Source: a virus | Lineage: Duplodnaviria; Caudoviricetes | DNA length: 51,106 bases | IMG/VR virus record: IMGVR_UViG_3300048599_000152 | Span: 1 to 51,106 of that record | Strand: one strand, 5' to 3' | Part shown: piece by piece, positions 9,113 through 19,273 of the stretch | Layout: every line of letters starts with the position of its first letter | Position numbering within the stretch: the stretch's first letter is position 1 | Notes under the pieces: generated by a model | Told to the model about the DNA's origin: nothing | Database searches by the model: none | What the model saw: only the letters and a program-made list of their open reading frames with translations | Position numbers and translations under genes: made by a program

Positions 9113-9436
9113 TCAGCGAGGCCACTGAGCGAGGCGCTTCATCCAGTCAGTATCCCCGAAGTGGCTCGTGTACCAGACGCTCGCGGCGGCGTAGACGATG
9201 CCCACGTAGGCGACCACGTCCGTGGCCGTCAGGTCGCCCCATACCTTGGCCAGACCGAGCAGGTCTCCGCTCACCCACGTGCCGGCGATCCCGATCAGCG
9301 CCGCGCAGGCGATGGCGAGGACGGCCTTGACGGCGGTGGGCCAGCCGACGCGCTTCAACGCCTGCGTGAGGACCACGCTGAGCGGGGCCCACAGGACGAC
9401 CATGACGAGCAGGTTGACGAGTTCCGACAGGTGCAT
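9113..9436 (-). CDS. Putative holin (3 TM)
   Basis: Hydrophobic 107-aa protein downstream of the endolysin; AGGAG SD before the ATG at 9436. Confidence 0.7.
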   Translation of the reverse strand: MHLSELVNLLVMVVLWAPLSVVLTQALKRVGWPTAVKAVLAIACAALIGIAGTWVSGDLLGLAKVWGDLTATDVVAYVGIVYAAASVWYTSHFGDTDWMKRLAQWPR

Positions 9437-9611
9437 TGGCACTCCTAGGTTGAGGGTGGGGACGCCGGGAGAGAGGAGCCCGGCGTCCCCTTCGGCAGAG
9501 AGGAGACGCAGCCACGCGCCTAGGCCAGCGTAGCCGGCAGGTTCGGCACACATTCGCTACAGCCCAGGACGTTGAAGACTCTGGGCACGGGCCCTCCGAT
9601 GCTCAGTCTCT

Positions 9612-9691
9612 TAGGTAAGGTCCTGTTGTGTACTGTCTGGTTCTGTCTGGTAGCGAGTAACGTCACGGTGACGTGACGGTCACGTGACGGC
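9612..9691. repeat. 80-bp iteron-like element, copy 1
   Basis: Six GT(A/C/G)AC pentamers with an 11-bp period, preceded by 5-bp periodic GT/CT repeats; colinear with 30855-30934. Confidence 0.75.
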
Positions 9692-9781
9692 CACAGGTGA
9701 ATGAGCGAGAGCTCAGCGAGACAAGGTAGGTGGTCGCGATCCTGCCCGCAGCTCGTCGGCCACTCGATGCGCTGCCTCATG

Positions 9782-10531
9782 TCAGGCCGTCACGCGGATG
9801 AACCAGCAGTTGCCCCGGTAGCGGCTGTGCCGGCCCACGCCCTGCTGGCCGTTGAACAGCGTCGCATTCGCTTCGATGCTGTGGACCCACTCCCCGACCA
9901 TCTTCTCGACGACGCCGAGGTGGTCCGGATCGGTGCGACCGTCGAAGTCGATGACGAACCAGTCACCGGGCTTGGGGTCGTTGACGAGCTGGACGCCGCC
10001 CTTGCCGTGCTTGGCCTGCTCCAGCAGGTAGTCGGTGCCCTGGTAACGGCCGGCGCGGGGGTCGATGGTCTTGGAGCCGGCCTTCTTGTACCAGTAGGCC
10101 CCGGCGCGGACGCAGTACGGTTCGCCGTCGTTGCGCCCGCCGCACCACCACGCGTTGTACTTCACGGCGTTGTTGCTGCCCTCGACGATCCCGATGTCGG
10201 CCTTGGCGAAGCCGAGCGCCTTCTGGCGCATCGTCACCTTGGAGGCCCGCTCCCTGGCCAGTGCGGCCCGCTTGGCGGCGCGGGCCTGCATCGCCGGGGT
10301 GCGCTTCTTGGTGCCGGCGAGGTAGCCGACGAGGGCATCGCCGGCGGTCGGCTGACAGTCGGCCAGCCGGTAGCCGAGCTTGCGCTTGGCGACGGTGCAG
10401 GCGGTCGCGGTGCGGGGGCCGAACTGGCCGTCCGTGGGCCCCGGCTGGAAGCCGTTCAGGTGGAGAAGGTTCTGGACCTTCTTCACGCTCAGGCCGTGCA
10501 TCAGGGGATGGGTGACGTAGAGCAACTGCAT
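9782..10531 (-). CDS. Endolysin (peptidoglycan-binding domain + CHAP)
   Basis: VKKVQNLL...DGQFGPRT PG-binding motif; CHAP motifs PYC, DHLGVV and SIEAN. Confidence 0.85.
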   Translation of the reverse strand: MQLLYVTHPLMHGLSVKKVQNLLHLNGFQPGPTDGQFGPRTATACTVAKRKLGYRLADCQPTAGDALVGYLAGTKKRTPAMQARAAKRAALARERASKVTMRQKALGFAKADIGIVEGSNNAVKYNAWWCGGRNDGEPYCVRAGAYWYKKAGSKTIDPRAGRYQGTDYLLEQAKHGKGGVQLVNDPKPGDWFVIDFDGRTDPDHLGVVEKMVGEWVHSIEANATLFNGQQGVGRHSRYRGNCWFIRVTA

Positions 10532-10556
10532 GGTGCCTCCTGCTGGGAGTGGGGTG

Positions 10557-11021
10557 CTACTTGCGGTTGAGCAGCACGAGAGCGAACGGTGTCGCGACCC
10601 CGAAGACGGTCCCGACGATGGCGGCGGCATCCTTCTGGCCGGTGGCCAGGAGGACAGCTAGAGCGACGATGGCGGCGGCTACGACGAGGTAGAGGATGGG
10701 GCGCATCTGGCGGCCGGCGTAGCGGCGCACCGCCTCGGCGTCGTTGAAGGTCTGGACGACTGGCGCAAGGTCCTCGGAGCAGGCGTCGGCGTGCGCCTTC
10801 ACCTTGGCGTCGATGACGGCCGGCAGGTCGTTGATCCGCCCGTGCAACTCCCCGATGTCGGAGCGCACGGCGTCCCACCTGTCGTTGTCGTCCTTGCAGC
10901 GTTGCTCGAACGCACCGGCGAGGCGCTCGACTGCCTTGGCGGTCGCATTGGCGGCGGCCCTCATGTCGAGCAGCTCGCCCACCGTCTCGGTTCCGAGGAT
11001 GCGGCGGTCGAAGTCGTTCAC
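10557..11021 (-). CDS. Membrane protein of the lysis module (holin/antiholin-like)
   Basis: Coiled coil plus two C-terminal TM helices. Confidence 0.55.
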   Translation of the reverse strand: MNDFDRRILGTETVGELLDMRAAANATAKAVERLAGAFEQRCKDDNDRWDAVRSDIGELHGRINDLPAVIDAKVKAHADACSEDLAPVVQTFNDAEAVRRYAGRQMRPILYLVVAAAIVALAVLLATGQKDAAAIVGTVFGVATPFALVLLNRK

Positions 11022-12679
11022 CGGCGGTTCTTCTTCTTGTAGGGCTTGTGCAGCGGGACCGGACGAATCCGGCCGGCGGCCTCAAGCTGGTCGATCAGCG
11101 CATCCGAAGACAGGCCCAAGTCGCAGTCGACGTAGCCAGTGTCGGCGTCCACGCGAGCCCGCGTCACGTAGAGGGGGCCGTGGCCGCCCTGCTCCGCTTC
11201 GACCCAGTCGCCGCCGTGCATGTACGGGACCGGCCGGGTGCCTCCGCCGTAGAGCGACAGCGTGGGCCGGTGGATGGAGCAGGGGCCCGTCGCCTCAGCG
11301 ATGCCGAGGTGGCCGGCGAGCGCGGTGGCGATGCTCCGAGCCTCCTTCTCGGTGAAGTTCTGCTGGCTGAAGTCGACGGTCACCATGGGCGCGGTCGTGC
11401 CCATGAAGGCCGTCCCGATGCCGAGGCCGGGGTCACTCGGGGCGACGACCTGGGCCGGCGTACCGGGCGGCCAGATGGTCTTGCCGGTGTGGCCGTAGAT
11501 GAGGCGCACGGAGCGCGGCGTCCCGGCGTCGGGCTGGGGCGCAACGTCCCAGATGATGTCCCCGTCCTCGGCGTCGACGAGGTAGCAGGTCGTCTTGGCC
11601 GGGTCGTGGATTTCGTTCGGGCTGGTGAGTAGCGGGCGAGCCCGAAAGACGCCGCCGAGCCAGCCCCACTCGACCAGCACGGGTGCCTGGGCAGCGAGGG
11701 TGGCGAGCGCCGAGGCCGGGTCGGTGTGCGGGCGCACCAGCAGGCTCTTGGCAAGGCTGCCGATCTCAGCCGACACGTAGCCGGTGGCGAGCCCGACCGA
11801 CTGGGCGATGGCGACCATGCCCTCGTCGAGGCGCTTCTGCACCACGTCTGTATAGAGCACCACGTCGTCGAGCGTGATGTGGCGCTCGTCGGTCGTGCGC
11901 CAGCCGCCGCGCTTGTTACACCAGAAGGCGAGCGCCACGTAGCCGGCCCCGTCAGGCGAGGCGAAGGTGTAGTCGAACGCCTTGTTGTCGCCCCTGCTGT
12001 CGGCGTCCCACGCGTGGATCACGTGGTAGTCACTGGCATCGAGCCCGACCTTGTACTGCGGCCACCACAGGAGGGCAGCCTTCATGTGGTCCTTGAGGTC
12101 CCAGCTCGCGATGCCGGTGATGCGCCGGTAGCCGTTGAAGATGCCGCCGCTCGTCTTGCACAGGTGCTGAGCCCCCATGTAGGCGACCGACCCGACCATG
12201 CCGGCACGGTCGTAGGGCACCTTGGTGTTGTCGGCCACGCCGATGGACAGGTGCCCGGTGGTGTTGAACTGGTGACACTTCGGGCTGCGCTTGTTCACGA
12301 TCCACTGGCTGGTGTCGGCGTCGGTGAAGACGTAGCCGAAATCGCTGCGGCCCTTGGCGACCTCGAGCGGGCCGCCCATCTCGACCTCCACCTTGGCGAC
12401 CTCGCCGGCGTAGCCACGGCTCGGGTCGTTGACGACCCAGCCGGTGTAGAGGCGCGTGGTCAGGCCGGCGTAGGTGTGGTCAACCGTGACCGGGGCTCCG
12501 TGCCTCAGCTTGGGGAACTGGCCTTGCGGGTTGAACGGGTCAGCGACCTCGACCCAGAAGCCGGCCCCGGCATCCCCGAGCATGGTGGACTCCCACCACA
12601 GCTCGTTCACGCGGCCGGCGTGCTCCTCCCCGGCGATCCGGATAGACAGGCCGCCGTCGTTGAGCGTCGTGAAGGGCAC
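11018..12679 (-). CDS. Minor tail / tail hub protein
   Basis: 553-aa ORF at the end of the tail module. Confidence 0.55.
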   Translation of the reverse strand: MPFTTLNDGGLSIRIAGEEHAGRVNELWWESTMLGDAGAGFWVEVADPFNPQGQFPKLRHGAPVTVDHTYAGLTTRLYTGWVVNDPSRGYAGEVAKVEVEMGGPLEVAKGRSDFGYVFTDADTSQWIVNKRSPKCHQFNTTGHLSIGVADNTKVPYDRAGMVGSVAYMGAQHLCKTSGGIFNGYRRITGIASWDLKDHMKAALLWWPQYKVGLDASDYHVIHAWDADSRGDNKAFDYTFASPDGAGYVALAFWCNKRGGWRTTDERHITLDDVVLYTDVVQKRLDEGMVAIAQSVGLATGYVSAEIGSLAKSLLVRPHTDPASALATLAAQAPVLVEWGWLGGVFRARPLLTSPNEIHDPAKTTCYLVDAEDGDIIWDVAPQPDAGTPRSVRLIYGHTGKTIWPPGTPAQVVAPSDPGLGIGTAFMGTTAPMVTVDFSQQNFTEKEARSIATALAGHLGIAEATGPCSIHRPTLSLYGGGTRPVPYMHGGDWVEAEQGGHGPLYVTRARVDADTGYVDCDLGLSSDALIDQLEAAGRIRPVPLHKPYKKKNRR

Positions 12680-12990
12680 TACCGCCTCGCGAGGGCGTCA
12701 AGGGCGGCGGCCCACCCACTCGCGGCCTCGGGCTCGCCGCCGGCCGGCATCCTGCGCACGCGATTGAGCAGGCGAAGGACGAAGCCGGCGGTGTACAGGG
12801 CCGTGCCGCTCGGGTGCGTCGCGGCCACGGTCAGCACGGCGTCCTTCATCATGGTCAGCGTGATTGGGCCCCACGCCGGCTCGGCGTCACAGGCCGGGTT
12901 GCTGCACTCTGGCACGGTCATGCCTTCGCCTTCGGACAGGGTGACCTGCTGCCGGGTGTCGCATGCGGGGCAGGTGAACTCGATATTCAC
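12679..12990 (-). CDS. Zinc-ribbon protein
   Basis: CPAC...CSNPAC. Confidence 0.5.
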   Translation of the reverse strand: MNIEFTCPACDTRQQVTLSEGEGMTVPECSNPACDAEPAWGPITLTMMKDAVLTVAATHPSGTALYTAGFVLRLLNRVRRMPAGGEPEAASGWAAALDALARR

Positions 12991-13160
12991 GCGTCCTCCT
13001 TGGGCAGCGGGGCGTCTTCCACGTCCCCGACTTCGTGTAGGCCGGCCCCTGCAAGGGCGGCCTGCAGCTCGGCTACCTCGGCCTCAAGGATCGCCTTGTC
13101 TACGGATAGCTGAGCGACCTGCTGGCCGAGAGCCTTGATGACCGTGTTTGCGTCTGCCAT
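12987..13160 (-). CDS. Small coiled-coil protein (possible tail-fibre chaperone)
   Basis: MADANTVIKALGQQVAQLSVDKA, following the fibre gene with a GGAGG SD. Confidence 0.5.
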   Translation of the reverse strand: MADANTVIKALGQQVAQLSVDKAILEAEVAELQAALAGAGLHEVGDVEDAPLPKEDA

Positions 13161-13174
13161 TGATTCCTCCGGTG

Positions 13175-15940
13175 TCAGAAGCCGGCCGAGCCGCCGGCAC
13201 GGGCGAAGAAGCTGTAGGTGCTGCCGTCGTAGCGGGCGTAGAGCCGCCCGTTGCCGCTGTCGAAATAGAGCTTGTAGCGGCGAGCGCCGCCGGCCGCGTC
13301 GTTGATCCAGACGCCGTCGTCGGACACGCCGCTGACGAAGTTGCCCGTGGCGCGGATGCTGCCGCTGGACCTGACGCCAGAGCACTGGACGATGCCCTGC
13401 ACCTGCAGGGTGCCGTTGACGGGGGTGATGTAGAGGCTGCCGCTGTAGGCTTCGACGCGCCCGCACTCCACATGGCTCTGGTCCTTGAAGCGGGCGTGGC
13501 CGTTGCCATCGAGGTTGAGGTCGTAGCCGCTAATGATGTCGAGGTCGCCGCCGACGAGTACGCTGTACGGCTTGCTCGCCGGGGCGATGGTCACGCTGGC
13601 ACCCAGATAGGTCATGAACAGGATGTCAGCGCGGCCAGCCGCCCCGTGAAGGCTCATGTAGCTGGACATGGGCTGCCCGGTGACCCTCGGGCCCGACAGA
13701 GACATATAGCCGCCGCCGCTGCCGTAGGTGTAGGCGGTGATGGTGCCGGGGCCAATCTCGCTAACGTCCCCGCTGTAGAACTTCAGGGTGTGGTCGGTGG
13801 ACAGCTCGACGCGCTTGCCGCTCGCAGTCGGCGTGGTGCGGACGGTGCCGCCGCTGATGACCACGCCGCTGATGCTGCCGCCCGTGATCCATGCGGCGCT
13901 CATCTGGCTGGCGAGGATCGCCCCCACGTTCAGGCGGGCCACGTCGATGGTGCCGGCCTTGATAGCCCCGGCGTCGAGGGACAGCGTGTTGATGTAGCCG
14001 GCGGTGATGATGTTGGCCTTCACATCGGCCGCGTCGAGCTTGGCCGCTTGGATGCTGCCGGCCGCGATCCGTGCCACGTCGAGGGTGCCGGCGGTGATGC
14101 TGCCGGCGTTCAGGGCCAGGGCGTTCACGACGGCGGCGGTGACCACCGCGGACTGGATGCTGGCGACGTTGATTTCGTTGGCCGTGACGCAGTTGGCGAA
14201 CAGCTTGGGGGTGGTGATTGCGTCGTCCGCGATCTTCGTGGCGTCGATGGACAGGTCGGGGATCTCAGCCGAGAAGGTGGCGGCCGTGATCGGGCCCACA
14301 GCCCCGCTCTTGGCGCTCTCAAGCCCGTCCACGCCCACGCTGGCGACGGCGTAGTACCGAGCCCCGGCGCTGTTGAGCTGCGCCACGCTGAGGACGTTAG
14401 TGGTGGTGTCGGCCGCCAGCGTCCACGGGCCCGCGCCGGCAGGGCCGACGTAGAGGCGGTAGGACACCGGGCGGTCGCTCGCCAGGGCAGCCCACTTGGC
14501 CAGCACGGCGTCCACGCCGATGGGCGTGACGACGAGCCCGGTGGGGATGGTCGAGGGCGCGAGGATATTCACGTAGGCGACGTGCGGCGGCTCGATCTTG
14601 CCCCGCACATCGACGCTCCAGAAGCGGAGCAGGTGCGAGCCGGGGCCGCTCACCACGAACGGCGCGGCGTAGGTCTGGATGCCGCCGTCGTCGATGACGT
14701 AGAACGTCCCAGCAACGCCAGGGCCGCCGTTCGGGTCCACGGTAAGGGTCACGGTCGCGTCACCCTGTTCCCAGCCCTCGAAGGCGCTCGAATCAACGCC
14801 AGCGGCGCTCGTCACGGGGAGGGCGGCGTCACCGTAGAAGAACTCGTCGGCCTCGGTCTGCGCGGAGTCCCCGCCGGGGCCCGTGACGATGACGTGGACC
14901 CAGCCGGTCGGGTTCTCGGGGACGTAGCAGAGGATGGTCGTGTCGTCCACGGCCATGAAGGTCGTCTGCTCGGTGCCGAATGCGACCGAGCTGGCCGTGT
15001 CGAAGTGGTCGCCGGTGATGGTCACCGGGTCGCCGGGGAAGCCCTTGGGCGGCGTGACCGAGCTGACCACCGGGGCCGGCGGGGCCGGGTAGGTGAACTG
15101 ATCGCCGGCCACCAGCGGGCTCTGCCCCCACGGGTTCGTCACGATGACATCGACCGTGCCGTCACCGGGCGGCGTGAGGACGGTCAGCTCGAGGTCGCTC
15201 ACCACGTCGAAGGCGGCGAGCGGCGCATATGGATCGGAGCCGAAGCTCACCTTGACCACGGAGGCCAGCCCCGTGCCGCGCACGGTGACCTGTTCCCCGC
15301 CGTCTTTGTCCGTGGCGATGTTCGGCGTGACGCTGGAGACGGTGGGCGCCACACCTGTGTCGGTGTACCTGAAGGTCGCGCCCTGCGGGCTCATGACGCC
15401 GGCCGACTCGACGTAGATGTCGGAGGTGCCGACGCCGGCCGGGGCGTAGGCGACGACCTGCGTGTCGCTGACGACCGAGAACCTAGTGCCGGCCGAGACG
15501 CCGCCGAAGAAGACGCGGGTGACCTCGGGGCCGAAGCCGGTCCCGTTGATGACGACCTGCGTCCCGGCGGGGCCCTCGACCGGCAGGCAGCCGGTGGTAG
15601 TGAACGAGTGGAAGGTCACGGTGGCCGGCGCGAAGTCGTAGCAGTCGCCGGGGGTGCCGCCCCACGGGGCCCCGGTGTAGTCGCAGTAGTACACGACAGG
15701 CGTCAGCGGGGTGCCTGGCATCACGTTGCTGGTGACTTCCAGCTCGTAGCTTCCGCTGCCGTCTGCCTCCACGACCCAGCCGCCGTACCAGCCGTTGCCG
15801 GGCAGGTCCACCAGCCACACGCCGAAGATGGCCGGCGCGGCCACCTTGAGGCTGTCGGTCCACGCCACCGTAAGGAGCCCGTTCAGCGGGCGGTCGACGT
15901 GCCTATCCGGGTAGAGCGTCGTCGGGTAACTGGCACCCAT
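13175..15940 (-). CDS. Tail fibre / receptor-binding protein with IPT/TIG, Ig-like and FN3 domains
   Basis: Three repeats like P(T/V)VSSVTP..G..VT(I/V).G..F, an FN3-like segment (YYAVASVGVDGLES) and AGSITAGTL-type fibre repeats. Confidence 0.75.
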   Translation of the reverse strand: MGASYPTTLYPDRHVDRPLNGLLTVAWTDSLKVAAPAIFGVWLVDLPGNGWYGGWVVEADGSGSYELEVTSNVMPGTPLTPVVYYCDYTGAPWGGTPGDCYDFAPATVTFHSFTTTGCLPVEGPAGTQVVINGTGFGPEVTRVFFGGVSAGTRFSVVSDTQVVAYAPAGVGTSDIYVESAGVMSPQGATFRYTDTGVAPTVSSVTPNIATDKDGGEQVTVRGTGLASVVKVSFGSDPYAPLAAFDVVSDLELTVLTPPGDGTVDVIVTNPWGQSPLVAGDQFTYPAPPAPVVSSVTPPKGFPGDPVTITGDHFDTASSVAFGTEQTTFMAVDDTTILCYVPENPTGWVHVIVTGPGGDSAQTEADEFFYGDAALPVTSAAGVDSSAFEGWEQGDATVTLTVDPNGGPGVAGTFYVIDDGGIQTYAAPFVVSGPGSHLLRFWSVDVRGKIEPPHVAYVNILAPSTIPTGLVVTPIGVDAVLAKWAALASDRPVSYRLYVGPAGAGPWTLAADTTTNVLSVAQLNSAGARYYAVASVGVDGLESAKSGAVGPITAATFSAEIPDLSIDATKIADDAITTPKLFANCVTANEINVASIQSAVVTAAVVNALALNAGSITAGTLDVARIAAGSIQAAKLDAADVKANIITAGYINTLSLDAGAIKAGTIDVARLNVGAILASQMSAAWITGGSISGVVISGGTVRTTPTASGKRVELSTDHTLKFYSGDVSEIGPGTITAYTYGSGGGYMSLSGPRVTGQPMSSYMSLHGAAGRADILFMTYLGASVTIAPASKPYSVLVGGDLDIISGYDLNLDGNGHARFKDQSHVECGRVEAYSGSLYITPVNGTLQVQGIVQCSGVRSSGSIRATGNFVSGVSDDGVWINDAAGGARRYKLYFDSGNGRLYARYDGSTYSFFARAGGSAGF

Positions 15941-16332
15941 CAGGGCAGCCTGTTCAGAGCGATGCTGAGGCGGGCGATGTTCAGGGCGTACAGGTCGTCA
16001 CGGACGAGCCGGATTCGCGGGCTAGCGACGATCTGAAAGGTATCGCCGGCCACGTTCAGCACCTTCGGGGTGGCGTAGGAGCAGCCGCCGATCTTGGTGT
16101 TGATGGCGGCGGCGGCGTTCTTGAGCGCGGCCTCGTTCGCTGCCCGGATGTCGACGGGCAGGGTCGCCACGATGACCTTCGCCCGCGACTCGTTGCGGAC
16201 GGCCATGGTGCCGGTGTAAGACGGGAACTCGTCGAACGACAGCCCTTCCTCGCCGGGGTCGAACCCGAGCTGGAGGAAGTAGAGCAGGCCGTCGTTCAGG
16301 TTGAGCCCGTCGAGAGTGCAGACGGTAGCCAT
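15940..16332 (-). CDS. Distal tail protein-like
   Basis: Position immediately after the tape measure gene. Confidence 0.55.
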   Translation of the reverse strand: MATVCTLDGLNLNDGLLYFLQLGFDPGEEGLSFDEFPSYTGTMAVRNESRAKVIVATLPVDIRAANEAALKNAAAAINTKIGGCSYATPKVLNVAGDTFQIVASPRIRLVRDDLYALNIARLSIALNRLP

Positions 16333-18236
16333 CAGCGTCCCCTCCCCCGGCGAGCGTCGCTGCGGTTCTGGTGACGGGAGATGTGGGGCGCGAGGAGTCG
16401 GGCCACGCGGTCGGCCTCGCCCACGACGCCGCTGCCACCGGGCAGGTGGATGTGGTAGTGCTCATGCACGACCGTGGTTCCAGCGGGGCCCCCTGACGCG
16501 CCGGCGAGCGCCGCCTGACCTGCGGCCCCTAGCCGGGGGTTCACGCCGCCCACGGTGGCCGTGATGCCCTTGAGGCTACGGACGAGCGCCGGCCCCTTGG
16601 CGTCGATGCCCTTGATGAGGCCGTCCATGATGGCGTTGCCGGCCGGGGTCAGCAGCACGGCGTCGTAGTCCAGCGGGCCCTTGAGGTCCTTGATCTTGCC
16701 GGCGATGGACGACACCTTGTCCCACAGCGCCGAGAGCTTGTCCTCGATGCCGTTGATGAGGCCGCCGATCAGCTCCGCGCCCGCGTTGAAGAGCAGGCTG
16801 GCGAGGTTGCCGAGGGCCCCGAGGATGCGACCGGGCAGCGAGCGGACGAAGGACACGACGCTGTTCACGCCGCTGGATACGGCGCTCTTGATGCCGCCCC
16901 ACGCGGCGCTCACGACCGCTTTGATGCCCGACCACGCGGCCCGCATGATGGCGAGCGCGAGCTGGCCCAGCGCCCGCAGGATGGCGATGACCGCCTTGTT
17001 CAGGTTGTTCACGATCCGCGTGATGCCGGCCTTGGCGCTGCCCCAGTCCCCGCGCATGATGGCGAGGGCCACGCGCACCACGTCGACGATGACCTTGAAG
17101 GCCGTCGCGATGATGGTCTTGATGATGGTGAAGACCGGCCCGACGAACTGCAGGATCGTGCCCCAGTGGCGCTTGATGAACTGCGCGAGCTGGAGGACGT
17201 AGTGGACCTGCTTGGCGACCGTCTGGCCGAACTCCTTGAGGGCCGGGGCGACGTAGGCGACTGCCTTCGCCAGCACCGGGCCCATGTACTCCGCGATCCG
17301 CGCCAGCACCGGCTGGACGACGGCCCACAGCTTCTGCAGGTCGGCCTGTATGCCGGCGAAGATGGGCCCGAGCGCCTTGCCGGCGTCCATGATGGGCTTG
17401 AACATCCCACCGCCGGCCCCCGCGCCGCCGCCCGAGAACAGCTTCTTGATGCCCTCGATGGCGGGCCCGACCGCGCCCACGATGTCGCGGATCGCGCCGA
17501 CGACCTTGACGGCCACAGGCAGGAGGTACTGGCCGGCCGAGGCGGCGAGGTTGCTGATCTCGGCCTTCAGGGTCCGCATCTGGTTGGCGAAGCCCCCGGA
17601 CGTGCGGGCGTAGTCGCCCTGCGCCGTCTTGGTCTGCTCCATGATGAGGCCGTAGGCGGCCTGAGCCTTGATGAGCGGCGGGAGCGTCTCGCCCTGCCAC
17701 TTCAGGCCCATGCTCAGCGCCTTGGCCTTCAACGTGGCGTCGTTCATGTTGACGCCGAGCCGGCGCATCGGCTCCGTCTCCCCGACGAGGCCCGACCGCA
17801 GGGCGTCGAGCGCCTCGGCCGGGTCGATGTTGTTGAAGGAGGCGAGGTCGCCGGCGAGCTGCACCAGCGACGTACTCATGCCGGCCGACTGCTTCTCGGT
17901 CATGCCCAGGCTGACCATCAGGTTGCCGAAGGTGCCCGACGCTTCGAGGGCCTGCTGCTTGCTCATGCCCATGCTGGTCGCGGCGTCGTTGGCGAAGTCC
18001 AGGACGATCTGGCGAGCGTCCCCGAACACCACGCCCACCTTGGACACGGACTCGTTCAGGTCGGATGCCGCGTCGACGGCCTTGTAGATGCCGCCGGCCA
18101 CCACAGCGCCGATGCCGGCAGCGGCGAGCCAGCCGGCGAGCTTGCCCACGGAGCCCTTGATGCCGCCCATGCCCCGGTCCCACTTGTCGGTCTTCAGGTC
18201 CAGCTCGCCGTACAGATCACCCACCTTGAGGGCCAT
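16332..18236 (-). CDS. Tape measure protein
   Basis: Ala/Gly-rich helical protein with ASDLNE...LAGDLASFNN...SGLVGETEP and W-spaced repeats. Confidence 0.92.
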   Translation of the reverse strand: MALKVGDLYGELDLKTDKWDRGMGGIKGSVGKLAGWLAAAGIGAVVAGGIYKAVDAASDLNESVSKVGVVFGDARQIVLDFANDAATSMGMSKQQALEASGTFGNLMVSLGMTEKQSAGMSTSLVQLAGDLASFNNIDPAEALDALRSGLVGETEPMRRLGVNMNDATLKAKALSMGLKWQGETLPPLIKAQAAYGLIMEQTKTAQGDYARTSGGFANQMRTLKAEISNLAASAGQYLLPVAVKVVGAIRDIVGAVGPAIEGIKKLFSGGGAGAGGGMFKPIMDAGKALGPIFAGIQADLQKLWAVVQPVLARIAEYMGPVLAKAVAYVAPALKEFGQTVAKQVHYVLQLAQFIKRHWGTILQFVGPVFTIIKTIIATAFKVIVDVVRVALAIMRGDWGSAKAGITRIVNNLNKAVIAILRALGQLALAIMRAAWSGIKAVVSAAWGGIKSAVSSGVNSVVSFVRSLPGRILGALGNLASLLFNAGAELIGGLINGIEDKLSALWDKVSSIAGKIKDLKGPLDYDAVLLTPAGNAIMDGLIKGIDAKGPALVRSLKGITATVGGVNPRLGAAGQAALAGASGGPAGTTVVHEHYHIHLPGGSGVVGEADRVARLLAPHISRHQNRSDARRGRGR

Positions 18237-18239
18237 CGG

Positions 18240-18814
18240 CTACTCCTTCGTTACGAGGCTCGCGAGGTACGAGCTGGCAGCCTTGCCAGTGACCTCGGTG
18301 GGCTGGGTGTGGGTGTGCTGGAGGGCGGCGACGTAGCGGCTCTCAGCGGAGAGGCCCGCAATCAGCGAGGCGACCCGTCGCCATGTGGCCTGCTCGCAGA
18401 GGGCGTTCAGGTCCAGCCGGTACTCGCGCTGGAAGTCGGCCTCTACGAGAGCCCAGTGGTCGAGGATGGCGTCGAGTCCGGGCCCGTCGCTTTTCCCTCG
18501 GCCGGCTCCTCGTCGGGGCCGGAGAGGTAGGCGCGCATGATGTTCTGGACGAGCGCGTTGAAGCTGTCGTCGAACACCATGCCGGCGTCGAGCCAAGCGT
18601 CGAGGACGCCCTCGGGGACCAGCCGGGTGATGAGGTCCATCGCCTGCTGGGTCGAGAACTCTGCTTGGCCGCTCGCCTGGGCACGAACGATGTCGAAAAC
18701 CACGCGGGCCGGAAGGGCGCTGTACAGCTCCCACTCCCGGCCGAAGGCCCGCACGACCACAGGGTCCTTGCGGGCCTCGGCACGGGCGGCGTCGTAGTCG
18801 ATGAAGCGGGTCAT
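18240..18814 (-). CDS. Tail assembly chaperone: gpG-like 18443-18814, with gpGT-like extension to 18240 by -1 frameshift
   Basis: Slippery GGGAAAA at 18497-18491; the -1 frame continues GKSDGPGLDAILDHWALVEADFQREY. Confidence 0.85.
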
Positions 18815-18816
18815 GC

Positions 18817-19263
18817 TCAGGCCGCCGGGGCGATGTCGCCCGAGACGGTCAGCTCGCACTCCCACGGCGCGGCGTCGGACTCGTTGCCGCCGTAGAGCTT
18901 GACCTGAGCGCTGGCGGTGAAGACGATGCCGTCCCCGCCGGGGCTCTCGATCTTGAACTGCTTGAGGCTCGCGGTGCCGATCTGCTTGGCGAGCGTCTCG
19001 CAGGCTTCCTGACCGGCGTCGCGGTCGCCGTTGGATTCGTCCTCCATGCGGAAGCCTTTGCAGGTGAACGCGTCGCCACGGGTGACGACCATGTGCTCCT
19101 CGCGGCCGGCGCTGTCGGCGTCCTGCAGCTCGACGCGCTTGGTCGAGGGGCTGTGCTCCACGGGCTCGGTGAGGCCCTTGATGGGCACCCACACCGGGGC
19201 CACGTCCGTCCCGGTGTTGATGCTCGGGACCACGTCACGCATGAGTACCTTGCCTGCTGCCAT
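18817..19263 (-). CDS. Major tail (tube) protein
   Basis: Position, size, WVPIKGL and DAGQEA motifs. Confidence 0.8.
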   Translation of the reverse strand: MAAGKVLMRDVVPSINTGTDVAPVWVPIKGLTEPVEHSPSTKRVELQDADSAGREEHMVVTRGDAFTCKGFRMEDESNGDRDAGQEACETLAKQIGTASLKQFKIESPGGDGIVFTASAQVKLYGGNESDAAPWECELTVSGDIAPAA

Positions 19264-19273
19264 CGGGCTCTCC

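Noticed and set aside
13175-13600. Diversity-generating retroelement target at the fibre C-terminus
   Set aside because: No reverse transcriptase and no template/variable repeat pair seen in the window
13148-16036. Long + strand ORFs opposite phage genes (e.g. 962 aa at 13148-16036; also 17166-18530 and 31864-33246) and 38683-41088 on the minus strand
   Set aside because: Antisense shadow frames typical of high-GC coding DNA; the opposite strand carries recognisable proteins
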